From contig JAEHCO010000001.1 in the NCBI GenBank assembly GCA_020697715.1, positions 618,139 to 682,138 of the forward strand: a stretch of DNA of 64,000 nucleotides, read 5' to 3'. The position numbers were made by a program, and so were the translations under genes. Under the pieces are notes generated by a model. It ran no database searches. It was not told where the DNA came from and worked only from the letters and a program-made list of their open reading frames with translations. Within the stretch, counting starts at the first letter, position 1; every line of letters starts with the position of its first letter. The DNA is from Methanobacteriota archaeon (GTDB lineage: Archaea > Thermoplasmatota > Thermoplasmata > SG8-5 > JAGLSY01). Positions 33,277 to 42,488 of the stretch are shown one piece after another.

Positions 33277-33560
33277 TTTTTGTCCTCCTGCAGTTTTTTC
33301 CTGCAAGTAAGACTTTGTGACCAAGCATATTTAACACCAGTCTTGACATGTCAAAATTATGGTGGTATTTTGCAAGAAAGGTGGGAAGGTCAAGCCTCTG
33401 AATCGCCCTCCCCCTCAATATCAATACTCCCCCCACCCCACTCCTCCTCTGACAAAACCCGGCCCCCCTTTTGTCTGGTCGGAGTGGATATAATATGCTA
33501 AATGGGAGATGATGTTCTTTCTCCAATAGATATATGCAATAAAAGGTAGATATAGAATCA

Positions 33561-35894
33561 ATGAAGAGGAAGAGATTGGCCACAGTGGAAGAGGCGATCC
33601 TGGTATATTTGATAGGCTTCTCCAAATACAGAGAAGAGGAAGATGTTCCTTTGTCAGTTAGCCAGATAGGTATTTCTCGTAGCCTGAGTATCAGGAGAAG
33701 TCATATCTCCACCTCTCTGGATTCGGCGAAGAAAAGGGGCTTCGTGGAGGAAAAGAAGTGCCGAGTCAAAGGCGAGCCCAGGAAGAGGAAATCATATTTT
33801 TTGACAGAGATTGGCTCTACCAAGGCCATAGAGCTCGAGAAATTATTTTTGGAGCAAGAGGTAAATGCCATTATGAGGGATGGAGAGGAATTTCAAGGTC
33901 GTATAAGCGAGTTTCTTGAAAAAATAGATAATTCATCCAATCTGGCCAGGATACTCACCCATACTTATGAAGGAACCGTACACCTTTCAGAGATATCCGA
34001 GTCAGATGAAAGCCAGAAGATGTCCAAAGAAATTCCCAATATTTCTTTGTTAATTGGTCGTGAAGATGAACTGACTGAGATAGATAAGGTGGTCTCAGGC
34101 AAGTCCAATATCATGGTAGTGACTGGCATAGGTGGCATTGGAAAGACAGCCTTGCTAGCTCATACTTTAAATAATTCCAAACACACATCTGAGGTTTTCT
34201 GGTTCGATGTGGGTGAATGGAGTAGTATAAGGAACACATCCATGCACCTTGGGAATTTCCTGGATGGGAAAGGTAGTTCGAGATTGAAAAGATATATGTC
34301 GGCCCATGAAAATCCAGATATGGCGGATATATATGATATCCTTGTGAATCTGGATGTCCCGTTGATACTGGCATTTGACGATATACACAATTCCAGTCTG
34401 AAATTTCAATTATTCTTGAGAATGCTGGTTTCGGCAGGTCTGGAATCTAAGAATATGAAATTATTTCTTCTCGGCAGGAGTGACCCAGGAATTCTTGAGA
34501 ACAAGCATTTGCATGATCCTCGATCCGTCAGATCAGACCTTGCAGGACTTTCGGAAGGGTCCAGTATTGAACTGTTGAAATTGAGAGGATTCACGGAGGG
34601 TCAGGCCAAGGTCATTGCAGAAAAATCCGGTGGTCACCCATTATACCTATCTCTGATAAAGGATGCAAATCCAGGCGCGATTGATGATATAGAGAAGATA
34701 CTGGCTAATGATATTTTTAATCAGTTGAAAGATGATGAAAAGGAAATCTTGGCTCGCCTGTCTGTTTTCCGCGAACCTGTTAATTCAGATGCGATCGTCC
34801 TAGATAATGATGATTTTGATATCTTGGAAGATCTGGCCGGCCGGTCACTGGTAATGAAGAATGATGGCTGGTCCACACATGGTCTTCTTCGTAATTTCTT
34901 CTACGATCGCCAGCTTTTGAGAACCCGGCTGTCATTGCATGAGATGGCATCGGAATATTACAATTCAAAAAGGCTGGTAAGTGATAGAATCGAAGAGACC
35001 TATCACTTGATCAAGGCTCATGATGCAGAGACCGCGATATTCCTGATGAGGACAGAGGGAAAAAGCTGGCTGAAGCAAGGTTATCAGGATGAGATCGTCA
35101 ATCTCTTTGAAATGATATCAAATACAGATATGCTGGATGATGTGAATGAGATTGAGAATGCATTTGAATTGAATATGCTGGCAGGTCTGGCACATACTCG
35201 AATGGGCAATTGGCCAATATCTAAAAGATTACTCTCTCAGGCATTGGGGCTGGCCAGTGTGATGGATGATGACATAATGGAGGCCAGAGCCCTTCATCAA
35301 CTAGGCGTGATTTTGTATCGAAGAGGAGACCTGGAGGAAGCTTTGGAGCAGTTTGTCGATGCAATAGAATTGGTAAAGGAACAGTCCAAACTGAGATCCG
35401 AGATCGATAATAGTATGGGCGTGATATACTGGAGATTGGGTAAGCCAGAATTGGCCAGAGCCTCCTATGAGGAAGACCTGGCCATATCTCGAGATCGGAA
35501 TGATCTTGAGGGCATTGTGCGCGCCCTCAATAATCTTGGAATACTTCATTGCGAGGCCGAAGACCATGACAGGGCTCTTGAGCTGTACGCGGAAGCGATG
35601 AAGTTGGCTGAGAGAGACGGGGATCATAAACTCGTCTCGATCCTCTATAGCAATATTGCGGATTCTTACAAATCCAAGGGAAATATGGCCGAGGCCAGAA
35701 GATTTTATGAAAGGTGTGTCCAATTGTCTGAGGATCTTGGGTTCAGGTGGCAGATCGCTGAGGCATACAGAGGTATGGCCGAGGTCATTCCAGATGAACG
35801 TGATACATACTTGGAAAAGTCATTAGCTATCTTTCAGGGTCTGGGGGCGAAGGAGGACATCATTTCTGTCAAGAAAATGATGGATATGGAATAA
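33561..35894 (+). CDS. wHTH + STAND-type P-loop ATPase + TPR-repeat protein (probable regulator)
   Basis: N-terminal wHTH (YFLTEIG), LIGREDEL, Walker A GIGGIGKT, Walker B LAFDD, GHPL motif, TPRs (ALNNLG, LYSNIA). Confidence 0.85.
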   Translation: MKRKRLATVEEAILVYLIGFSKYREEEDVPLSVSQIGISRSLSIRRSHISTSLDSAKKRGFVEEKKCRVKGEPRKRKSYFLTEIGSTKAIELEKLFLEQEVNAIMRDGEEFQGRISEFLEKIDNSSNLARILTHTYEGTVHLSEISESDESQKMSKEIPNISLLIGREDELTEIDKVVSGKSNIMVVTGIGGIGKTALLAHTLNNSKHTSEVFWFDVGEWSSIRNTSMHLGNFLDGKGSSRLKRYMSAHENPDMADIYDILVNLDVPLILAFDDIHNSSLKFQLFLRMLVSAGLESKNMKLFLLGRSDPGILENKHLHDPRSVRSDLAGLSEGSSIELLKLRGFTEGQAKVIAEKSGGHPLYLSLIKDANPGAIDDIEKILANDIFNQLKDDEKEILARLSVFREPVNSDAIVLDNDDFDILEDLAGRSLVMKNDGWSTHGLLRNFFYDRQLLRTRLSLHEMASEYYNSKRLVSDRIEETYHLIKAHDAETAIFLMRTEGKSWLKQGYQDEIVNLFEMISNTDMLDDVNEIENAFELNMLAGLAHTRMGNWPISKRLLSQALGLASVMDDDIMEARALHQLGVILYRRGDLEEALEQFVDAIELVKEQSKLRSEIDNSMGVIYWRLGKPELARASYEEDLAISRDRNDLEGIVRALNNLGILHCEAEDHDRALELYAEAMKLAERDGDHKLVSILYSNIADSYKSKGNMAEARRFYERCVQLSEDLGFRWQIAEAYRGMAEVIPDERDTYLEKSLAIFQGLGAKEDIISVKKMMDME

Positions 35895-35962
35895 GCCTAC
35901 CAGATATAGTTTGATGGAATAGATGTGGCAAATATCTTGTTTTGATAAATATGATTTTTATC

Positions 35963-37324
35963 TCAGGAAGCCAGCTGCTCGCCCACGATCCTGTCAATGG
36001 CAGTTAGAAAATCATTTTCCTTCTTCGACGGGACCTTCGCGCCGGAGGCGATATTATGTCCGCCTCCGCTACCCCCGGCCTCGGCAGATGCCTGTTTACA
36101 TGCTGTTCCTAGATCCAGGCCAATGTTCACAAGTTCACGTGTCGCTCTGGCAGAGATATGCGATGTATCATCACCTGTAAATAATCCGATTATGGGTTTG
36201 GACTTGTCAAAGATATATAGAGCTCCAAGGCCAGCTATCACGCCGGAATATGAGCTATCTCGGACATGCACATATTGAATATTATCCATCTGAACCGGAG
36301 GCTCTTCTTCAATTGCCAGCATGCTGTCCATTATCCAGTCAATATGTTCCTTCTGAACTGATCTGGCTTCTTCCAATGCTTCCTTAGAGCCCAAAGCCAG
36401 GCTCAATCCCAGGCTATATTTTTTCTTCCTGCCACAGGCATTGAGCAGTGGTACAAGCTCATCCACATACATGCCCCAATCATACAGCCAATATCTATTG
36501 GTAACGAGCTGATCTATCGCTTCAACACTGGCACCTTGCTTTAAAAGATGAAGTGCCAGGGTGGAGGATAGATGTCTCATCTTTTCCTCTTCAAGTGATT
36601 TGAGGGTGGATGTCTCATCCAATCCCATGCTTTCAAGGAAGGACATGACCTCTTTCTTATTGCCACTGAGTCCCTTGAAATAGGGCTCTGGATGATTGAG
36701 AAGACTACTGTATATTGTTTCTCCTCTTAGATCTAGCACCTTCTCCTTTTTGATAAGCTCTCGAGCAACTGCCCGATTGACGAAATGATCATTATAACCT
36801 CTGAAACCACCCAGGTTCTGCCGGTCGCCAACTGCTCCTGCCAGGGCAAGAGGCGCGAGGTCCCAGTTCTCTTTATCGAGGGCGACTGCGAGGAAGAAGC
36901 TCATGGTCGCTCCACATGCTTCCCTGGCACCATCGAATCCAAAAAGATGTGGGTTCAGGTGTATGACTGGCTTGTCTCCTTCTTTTTGGGGTGCGTGATG
37001 GTCAACCACTATCACATTCCTGTCCAGGGTTTCAAGCTCCTCAATGAAGCCACTCCCCATATCTGAGAAGAGCAGAAGATCGAAATCCTCATTCTTGATA
37101 TCATCCAGAAATCTTCCATCCACTTTCGGTGTGAGAGTTATGTGGAAGGCCTTATTGGCTCGTGTCAAAGCTTTGGCAAGGATAGCGGCAGAGCTCATTC
37201 CATCGGGGTCATAATGAGAAATAAGTCTTATCAGGCCATTTGTTTGCCTGATAAGAGCAGATGCCTCGCCGAGCCTCTCTGAGAAATTCTTGCTGAATTC
37301 CAGATCAAGGGATTTGTCGGCCAT
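35963..37324 (-). CDS. DHH phosphoesterase, RecJ/GAN(Cdc45)-like
   Basis: HYDPDG, DMGS, VDHH, GGGHNIASG; downstream of rps15 as is typical in archaea. Confidence 0.9.
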   Translation of the reverse strand: MADKSLDLEFSKNFSERLGEASALIRQTNGLIRLISHYDPDGMSSAAILAKALTRANKAFHITLTPKVDGRFLDDIKNEDFDLLLFSDMGSGFIEELETLDRNVIVVDHHAPQKEGDKPVIHLNPHLFGFDGAREACGATMSFFLAVALDKENWDLAPLALAGAVGDRQNLGGFRGYNDHFVNRAVARELIKKEKVLDLRGETIYSSLLNHPEPYFKGLSGNKKEVMSFLESMGLDETSTLKSLEEEKMRHLSSTLALHLLKQGASVEAIDQLVTNRYWLYDWGMYVDELVPLLNACGRKKKYSLGLSLALGSKEALEEARSVQKEHIDWIMDSMLAIEEEPPVQMDNIQYVHVRDSSYSGVIAGLGALYIFDKSKPIIGLFTGDDTSHISARATRELVNIGLDLGTACKQASAEAGGSGGGHNIASGAKVPSKKENDFLTAIDRIVGEQLAS

Positions 37325-37325
37325 C

Positions 37326-37784
37326 TTACCTACTCAATTCGATCTCGGCTGTCTTGATAGAGTATTTCCAATCCTTGGAGATCACTCCAGTGGATTTATA
37401 ATATCTTTCTAGGCGCCTTATCTTTGCCTCTATAAGCTGCAAACTCCTCTTATTGTGAGTGTCCTTTTTATTATCCTGGATATGGTTGTTAAGATTGACT
37501 GCCTTGGTCATAAGGTTGCTTATGTCCTCGGGTAGTTTCATTATTATACCATTCTCGGTCATGATCTGTGTGATGGATTTTCCTGTGGCCAATTTGACAT
37601 CTGGAACTCCATATTGATCTCTCAGAACTGTACCGATCTTGGCACTGGAGTCTCCCTCCCCTGCCATCTTGGTTATTGTCTCAACTATCTCTTTCTTATC
37701 CATTTGAACCCATGCTGGGTTCTCGTATATCAGTGGGCGGGTGGAGGAAGATTTCCCCTTTCGCCTTGCATGCATCCTTGCCAT
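37326..37784 (-). CDS. rps15: 30S ribosomal protein S15
   Basis: MARMHARRKGKSSS, LRDQYG, IEAKIRRL. Confidence 0.97.
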   Translation of the reverse strand: MARMHARRKGKSSSTRPLIYENPAWVQMDKKEIVETITKMAGEGDSSAKIGTVLRDQYGVPDVKLATGKSITQIMTENGIIMKLPEDISNLMTKAVNLNNHIQDNKKDTHNKRSLQLIEAKIRRLERYYKSTGVISKDWKYSIKTAEIELSR

Positions 37785-38043
37785 TTTATATCTCTCCATT
37801 TCATTCCGATATTTTGAATACGTGAATTTATTCATGCATTCAAAGCTTCAAATTTTTCGAAGCTCTGAATACGCGAACCAGGTTCTTGCACTCAAAACTC
37901 ATCCATGTCCATATTGCAGGCCATGGTGCCTATTATAAGGCTGAAGTATTCGGTAGTAACAATTTCTTGTATTTAAGACTGATTGCTGGAAATGAGATAA
38001 ATAAGGCATTAAGCTAATCAATGATTAGTGTATGGAATAATCT

Positions 38044-38313
38044 ATGTCGAAAATACTGAAAGTATATGCCTCCACATGGTGCATACATTGCAAATTGACT
38101 GTGAAATTCTTGAAAGAGAATCACATACCTTTTGAATATAATAATATAAATGAAGTGGATGATGATACACTTCAGAAGATAATTGAAGTAAATGGCGGAG
38201 TTGATTGGGTCATTCCCACCATGGAGTTCGATGGGCAATGGAACCCGGGAAAGGTATTCAATAAGGAAGTTTTAATAAATGACCTGCGAGCTATGGGGAT
38301 AGATATTGATTGA
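38044..38313 (+). CDS. Glutaredoxin/NrdH-like redoxin
   Basis: WCIHC motif and cis-Pro motif IPT. Confidence 0.85.
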   Translation: MSKILKVYASTWCIHCKLTVKFLKENHIPFEYNNINEVDDDTLQKIIEVNGGVDWVIPTMEFDGQWNPGKVFNKEVLINDLRAMGIDID

Positions 38314-38333
38314 AGCCAGTGGTGTGATAGTAA

Positions 38334-38663
38334 GTGTCGGGCAAAAGGATCCAAAGAGAAAAAACAACCATAAAAGCCATGTTCAGGATATTCTGCAATA
38401 AGAATCATGGAAATGGTAAGGAGCTATGCCCGGATTGCTCGAACCTTCTGAAATATTCGGAAGACAAGCTGGACAAATGCCCCTTTCAGGAAAAGAAGGC
38501 TCCTTGCACCGATTGTCTAATCCATTGCTATGCGGAACCCATGAGGACCCAGGTTCGAGAAGTGATGAGGTTCTCTGGGCCAAGGATGTTATCACGACAT
38601 CCTTGGTTGGCCATCATGCATCTAGTTGATGGCAGGCGTTCACCCAAAGATAAAGAGAAATGA
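38334..38663 (+). CDS. YgbA-family Cys-rich protein
   Basis: REKTTI..M..IFC...H, CPDC, CP...K..C..C..HCY, MRFSGPRML..HP. Confidence 0.88.
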   Translation: MSGKRIQREKTTIKAMFRIFCNKNHGNGKELCPDCSNLLKYSEDKLDKCPFQEKKAPCTDCLIHCYAEPMRTQVREVMRFSGPRMLSRHPWLAIMHLVDGRRSPKDKEK

Positions 38664-38774
38664 TGGTATATTGATACCCAAATATACAACAAATGATGGT
38701 ATATTGATACCTAAATATACAACAAATGATGGTATATTGATACCTAAATATACAACAAATGATGGTATACTGAT
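38658..38774 (+). repeat. 3.5 x 33 bp tandem repeat at the ygbA/ybaN junction
   Basis: AAATGATGGTATATTGATACCYAAATATACAAC at 38658, 38691, 38724 and a partial unit at 38757. Confidence 0.95.
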
Positions 38775-39189
38775 GAATGAAGATACACAATGTGAAGAAG
38801 GAAATAAACTCACCAATATCATCTGGGTGATCGCCGGAACGATATCCCTGGCTTTTGGAATAATAGGCATCGTATTACCATTGCTTCCAACAACCCCCTT
38901 TCTTCTTCTCTCGGCAGCCTGTTATTGCCGAGGCTCTGAAAAGATGCACACATGGTTACTTGAGCATAAATTATTTGGAAGGTATATCAGGGATTACCAG
39001 GAGAAAAGAGGAATAAGGAAAAAGGCCAAGATAACAGCCATTGTCACCATGTGGGCCTCCATACTGTTATGTGCTTGGTATCTGGGTTATTCAGAGATCA
39101 TGCCTGATAAAATTCTATATGTCCAGATCCTTTTGATCATCATAGCCTCGGGAGTTACAATTCATTTGCTAAAACTAAAAACATTGTAA
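38773..39189 (+). CDS. YbaN/DUF454 family membrane protein
   Basis: GIIGIVLPLLPTTPFLLLSAACY.R.S signature. Confidence 0.9.
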   Translation: MNEDTQCEEGNKLTNIIWVIAGTISLAFGIIGIVLPLLPTTPFLLLSAACYCRGSEKMHTWLLEHKLFGRYIRDYQEKRGIRKKAKITAIVTMWASILLCAWYLGYSEIMPDKILYVQILLIIIASGVTIHLLKLKTL

Positions 39190-39347
39190 TTATCAATGAG
39201 GGCTACATTAACCTAAACAGCATTGAACGATACCAGTACAATGGATAACATTATCTTACAAATTAGTCGTGGATTCTCAATTATGATAACTGCCAGACCT
39301 GGCAAAAACTACTAATAATATGGAGTTAATGCTTCGGCCGATATCAA

Positions 39348-40313
39348 ATGGATGGCAGTCTAAAAAGTAAATCAAAGAGCGTGCTTATCGAGCTCTCAAG
39401 GATCAATGAATGGGCGATCATCTCAATCAGCCTTACATTATTCGTTTTCTTACCGAATATGTATGTGACCAATGAAGGAACCATCACATCCGAGATCATA
39501 TTGGAGCTTTTCACATCAGCGGGTCTGTATATCGCCCTGGCCATAGTCTTCACAGCTCAGATATTCCTATTTGCCAGTAATGATTATTATGACAGGCATG
39601 TCGATGCTCTGGATGAGGGAAAAAGACAGAGAAATCCAGTATGTGCGGGACGGGTGACTGAGAAGCAGGTCAAAGGACTTCTCATCGTGACCGCCATCGT
39701 ACCAGTGGCCCTTTCATTATACTTCAATTTATACGCCTTTATATTGACATCTTTCACTATCTTTGTTTTCTTCTTCTATACCGCTGAGCCTCTCAGGTTC
39801 AAGAGCAAGGTGGGACTTGATGTATTGAGTCATGCGACACTTATCAACTCATTTCCATACATTTTCAGTCTTGTCGCCCTTGGATATTATGTTCCAGGCA
39901 TAATCTTTCTTCTTGTCATCATAATGCTTCGAAGTGCCATCGCTCAGCTACTTCAGGAGGTCAGGGATCATGATATTGACAAGAAGGCCGAGACAAATAC
40001 CGTGATCTATCTGGGACAGAAAAAGGCAGTATGGCTTGTTTTCTCCATATACTTGACCATGACCATCGGGACAGCTTTACTTCTTTTGACATACCAGTTA
40101 TTTGGAGTGGGCATATCTCCTTTCTATCTGTTCGTGATGTTCATCACCCTTTCATATGCTCCCACCTTCTATAAACTGGTCAAAGCAGATGATTATTCAG
40201 AGATAATCGAAAAGCAGTGGATGGGGCAGGGCAGGACGAACAGGCAGCTCGGTCTTTCCTATGGTCTGCCAGTAGGTGTCTATCTCTTCATACTGTTCTT
40301 TGTATTGTTGTGA
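39348..40313 (+). CDS. UbiA-family prenyltransferase
   Basis: NDYYDRHVD first Asp-rich motif, YTAEPLRFK, EVRDHDID second motif, multiple TMs. Confidence 0.88.
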   Translation: MDGSLKSKSKSVLIELSRINEWAIISISLTLFVFLPNMYVTNEGTITSEIILELFTSAGLYIALAIVFTAQIFLFASNDYYDRHVDALDEGKRQRNPVCAGRVTEKQVKGLLIVTAIVPVALSLYFNLYAFILTSFTIFVFFFYTAEPLRFKSKVGLDVLSHATLINSFPYIFSLVALGYYVPGIIFLLVIIMLRSAIAQLLQEVRDHDIDKKAETNTVIYLGQKKAVWLVFSIYLTMTIGTALLLLTYQLFGVGISPFYLFVMFITLSYAPTFYKLVKADDYSEIIEKQWMGQGRTNRQLGLSYGLPVGVYLFILFFVLL

Positions 40314-40356
40314 TATTTCAATAATTATAAATACCAATTATCCGCTTCATAATACA

Positions 40357-41529
40357 ATGGGACAGGAATTTCTGGAGCGTGGAATAACAGCCAAAGAGAG
40401 AATAATCATTCACCTAAAGGATCATTGGAACTTCAGAGATGAGATGGAATGTCCCTTCGAGATCACGCAGGCTGGTATATCGGAGAACACTGGTCTTACA
40501 CTATCTCATATTCCCCGGAATATAAAGAAAATGAAAGACGAAGGCCTTGTGGTAGAAGGCAAGGCCTATGTGAAAGGTAAGAGCAGGAGATACAAAGTAT
40601 ACCATCCGACCCAAAAGGGTCTGAAGCTTGGCAGATCCTTGATCAAGGAGATCGGGAAGACCTCTGCCATTTACAATGATGAGAGCATGCTGGTGCTGGA
40701 TATCCTGAAAATGGAAAAGGAGCCAGCTATGGCTGTTCTCGCCTCGCTTTTGGGAGAATCCTCTGAAAGATCAGTCACTAGGAAAAAGAAACTGGGATAT
40801 CATGGAAATATCCCGGACACCGATGGTTTTGTGGATAGGACGGAAGAACTTGAGGAATTGAATGACCTTTTCTCATCAGATGTCACGAAGCTCATTATGA
40901 TATACGGTAGCCAGGGTTATGGGACCAGCATGCTGGCATCCAAGTTCATAAAAGATATCGGGAGTCAGTGGAATTGCATTATCTGGGTGGATATCAAGAA
41001 GAAGCTGGACGACACACTGGAACAGTTGTACAGTCATCTTACCGCATCCGGGCTAGATGGTATTACAAAAGAAATGATATCCGATCCTCACGCTATCATC
41101 TCATATCTGGCAGATAAGAAGATGGTAATTGTCTTTGATGGATATTTCGATGTGGGCGAGGCCAGCGTGGAATATTTCTTTGGCCTTGTGGAGAAATTGA
41201 AGGAGGTCAATGGGCTGAAGATGATCGTGACCGCCAGGGAGGACACCGCTTCCTACAATCGTTTCTACACGATAATGGACATCCATGATTCCAGTGTTCA
41301 GGAGATCCATGTCAAGAGGATGGATATGACATCCTGTCGCGCACTGCTCGGAGTGAATGATCTGGAAGATGATGCATTGAGGAGGCTTTACGCTTTCACA
41401 AGGGGAAGTCCATCCATAATGAAGACACTGGCCAGTAATGACATAAATTATATCGAGGAGAGGACCAGCTTTTCCAGAGAGGAGATAAAGCTGATGCTTC
41501 ACCTGAAGACCCTGAGGATCGATAATTAG
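40357..41529 (+). CDS. wHTH + degenerate STAND ATPase protein (no TPR)
   Basis: Paralogous N-terminus to 33561 (ITQAGIS..., RYKVYHPTQKG), FVDRTEEL, Walker A-like GSQGYGTS, IVFDG, GSP. Confidence 0.75.
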   Translation: MGQEFLERGITAKERIIIHLKDHWNFRDEMECPFEITQAGISENTGLTLSHIPRNIKKMKDEGLVVEGKAYVKGKSRRYKVYHPTQKGLKLGRSLIKEIGKTSAIYNDESMLVLDILKMEKEPAMAVLASLLGESSERSVTRKKKLGYHGNIPDTDGFVDRTEELEELNDLFSSDVTKLIMIYGSQGYGTSMLASKFIKDIGSQWNCIIWVDIKKKLDDTLEQLYSHLTASGLDGITKEMISDPHAIISYLADKKMVIVFDGYFDVGEASVEYFFGLVEKLKEVNGLKMIVTAREDTASYNRFYTIMDIHDSSVQEIHVKRMDMTSCRALLGVNDLEDDALRRLYAFTRGSPSIMKTLASNDINYIEERTSFSREEIKLMLHLKTLRIDN

Positions 41530-41541
41530 ATCATATCCAGC

Positions 41542-41973
41542 TCAAATATCGAACAAGACCTGGACAGTGTTTTTCACCATATCGATTTCCAGCATGTGGT
41601 ATGTCACGGCCTTGATCTCGGTCTTCAAAGAGTGCTTGTCCATATTCAGAGTCTCGCCCCGGATGATGGCATTCAGTTTTTTGGTTGAGGAACCCTCATT
41701 GTCCAGAATGCCCACCTCGAACTCGGAGAATATGGTATCTTCGACTTCGAACAGGTACAAAAGCTCGGAGAGCCAGTCGACCAAAAGCTGCTCCATATCT
41801 GGAGCCTCGATCTCCACCTTGAACTCCTTATCATCGCCAACCTTTTCCACATCGGTGATCTGGGAGAACATGGCGAAAGCCGCATTTTGAAAGGCCTCCG
41901 GTATACTATCACCGAAGGCTTTGATCGCGATGTCCGCTGTATGATCGATGGTCTCGAACCTTTGGTCCACCAT
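41542..41973 (-). CDS. Archease
   Basis: DHTAD, WLSELLY, IKAVTYH, C-terminal LFDI. Confidence 0.95.
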   Translation of the reverse strand: MVDQRFETIDHTADIAIKAFGDSIPEAFQNAAFAMFSQITDVEKVGDDKEFKVEIEAPDMEQLLVDWLSELLYLFEVEDTIFSEFEVGILDNEGSSTKKLNAIIRGETLNMDKHSLKTEIKAVTYHMLEIDMVKNTVQVLFDI

Positions 41974-41975
41974 GC

Positions 41976-42488
41976 TTAGAGTCCTTTTGCATATTCGAAT
42001 ACATTTCCAGCGGCCAGGATATCCTTTTGGACAGTCGAAAGGGGCATGGTCCTGCCTATGACGAGGCCATCCTTTTCCATGGTGCCAGAGTCTGTATCGA
42101 TGCTTACAATATCTCCGGTAGAAAGCGCGGAGATGTCCAGTTCTTTGATAGTGAGTATCGGATAGCCCGAGTTGATGGCATTTCTTTTGTATATGGCCCC
42201 GTATGAATTGGCCAGTATGCAGGTGACTCCCAAATTATCAAAGCAATCCACCGCCTGCTGTCTTGATGAGCCAGAACCGAAGTTCGCACCCACTATGACG
42301 ATATCCTGGGGTTGAGCTTTCTTCGCGAAATCCTCATATCCCTTCAGATTGTCAAAGGTGTATTGCCCCATCTGGGACTTGTCGGTTATTGCCAGATATT
42401 TGTTATGGTAGATCATATCCGTATCGATATCGTCCATCAGCTGTCCATCCTCGAATATGAGCCAGATCCTTCCTTTGTATACAGTCAT
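41976..42488 (-). CDS. Aconitase-family (LeuD/HacB-like) dehydratase small subunit
   Basis: DDIDTD, NFGSGSSRQQA, IYKRNAIN.G. Confidence 0.9.
   Translation of the reverse strand: MTVYKGRIWLIFEDGQLMDDIDTDMIYHNKYLAITDKSQMGQYTFDNLKGYEDFAKKAQPQDIVIVGANFGSGSSRQQAVDCFDNLGVTCILANSYGAIYKRNAINSGYPILTIKELDISALSTGDIVSIDTDSGTMEKDGLVIGRTMPLSTVQKDILAAGNVFEYAKGL

Noticed and set aside
33561-35894. Avs-type antiviral STAND system
   Set aside because: The N-terminus is a wHTH, not a nuclease, protease or SIR2 effector, and there is no defence-island context.
38658-38774. CRISPR array (also considered for 31997-32098 and 11936-11981)
   Set aside because: Units are head-to-tail with no unique spacers, and no cas genes are present.
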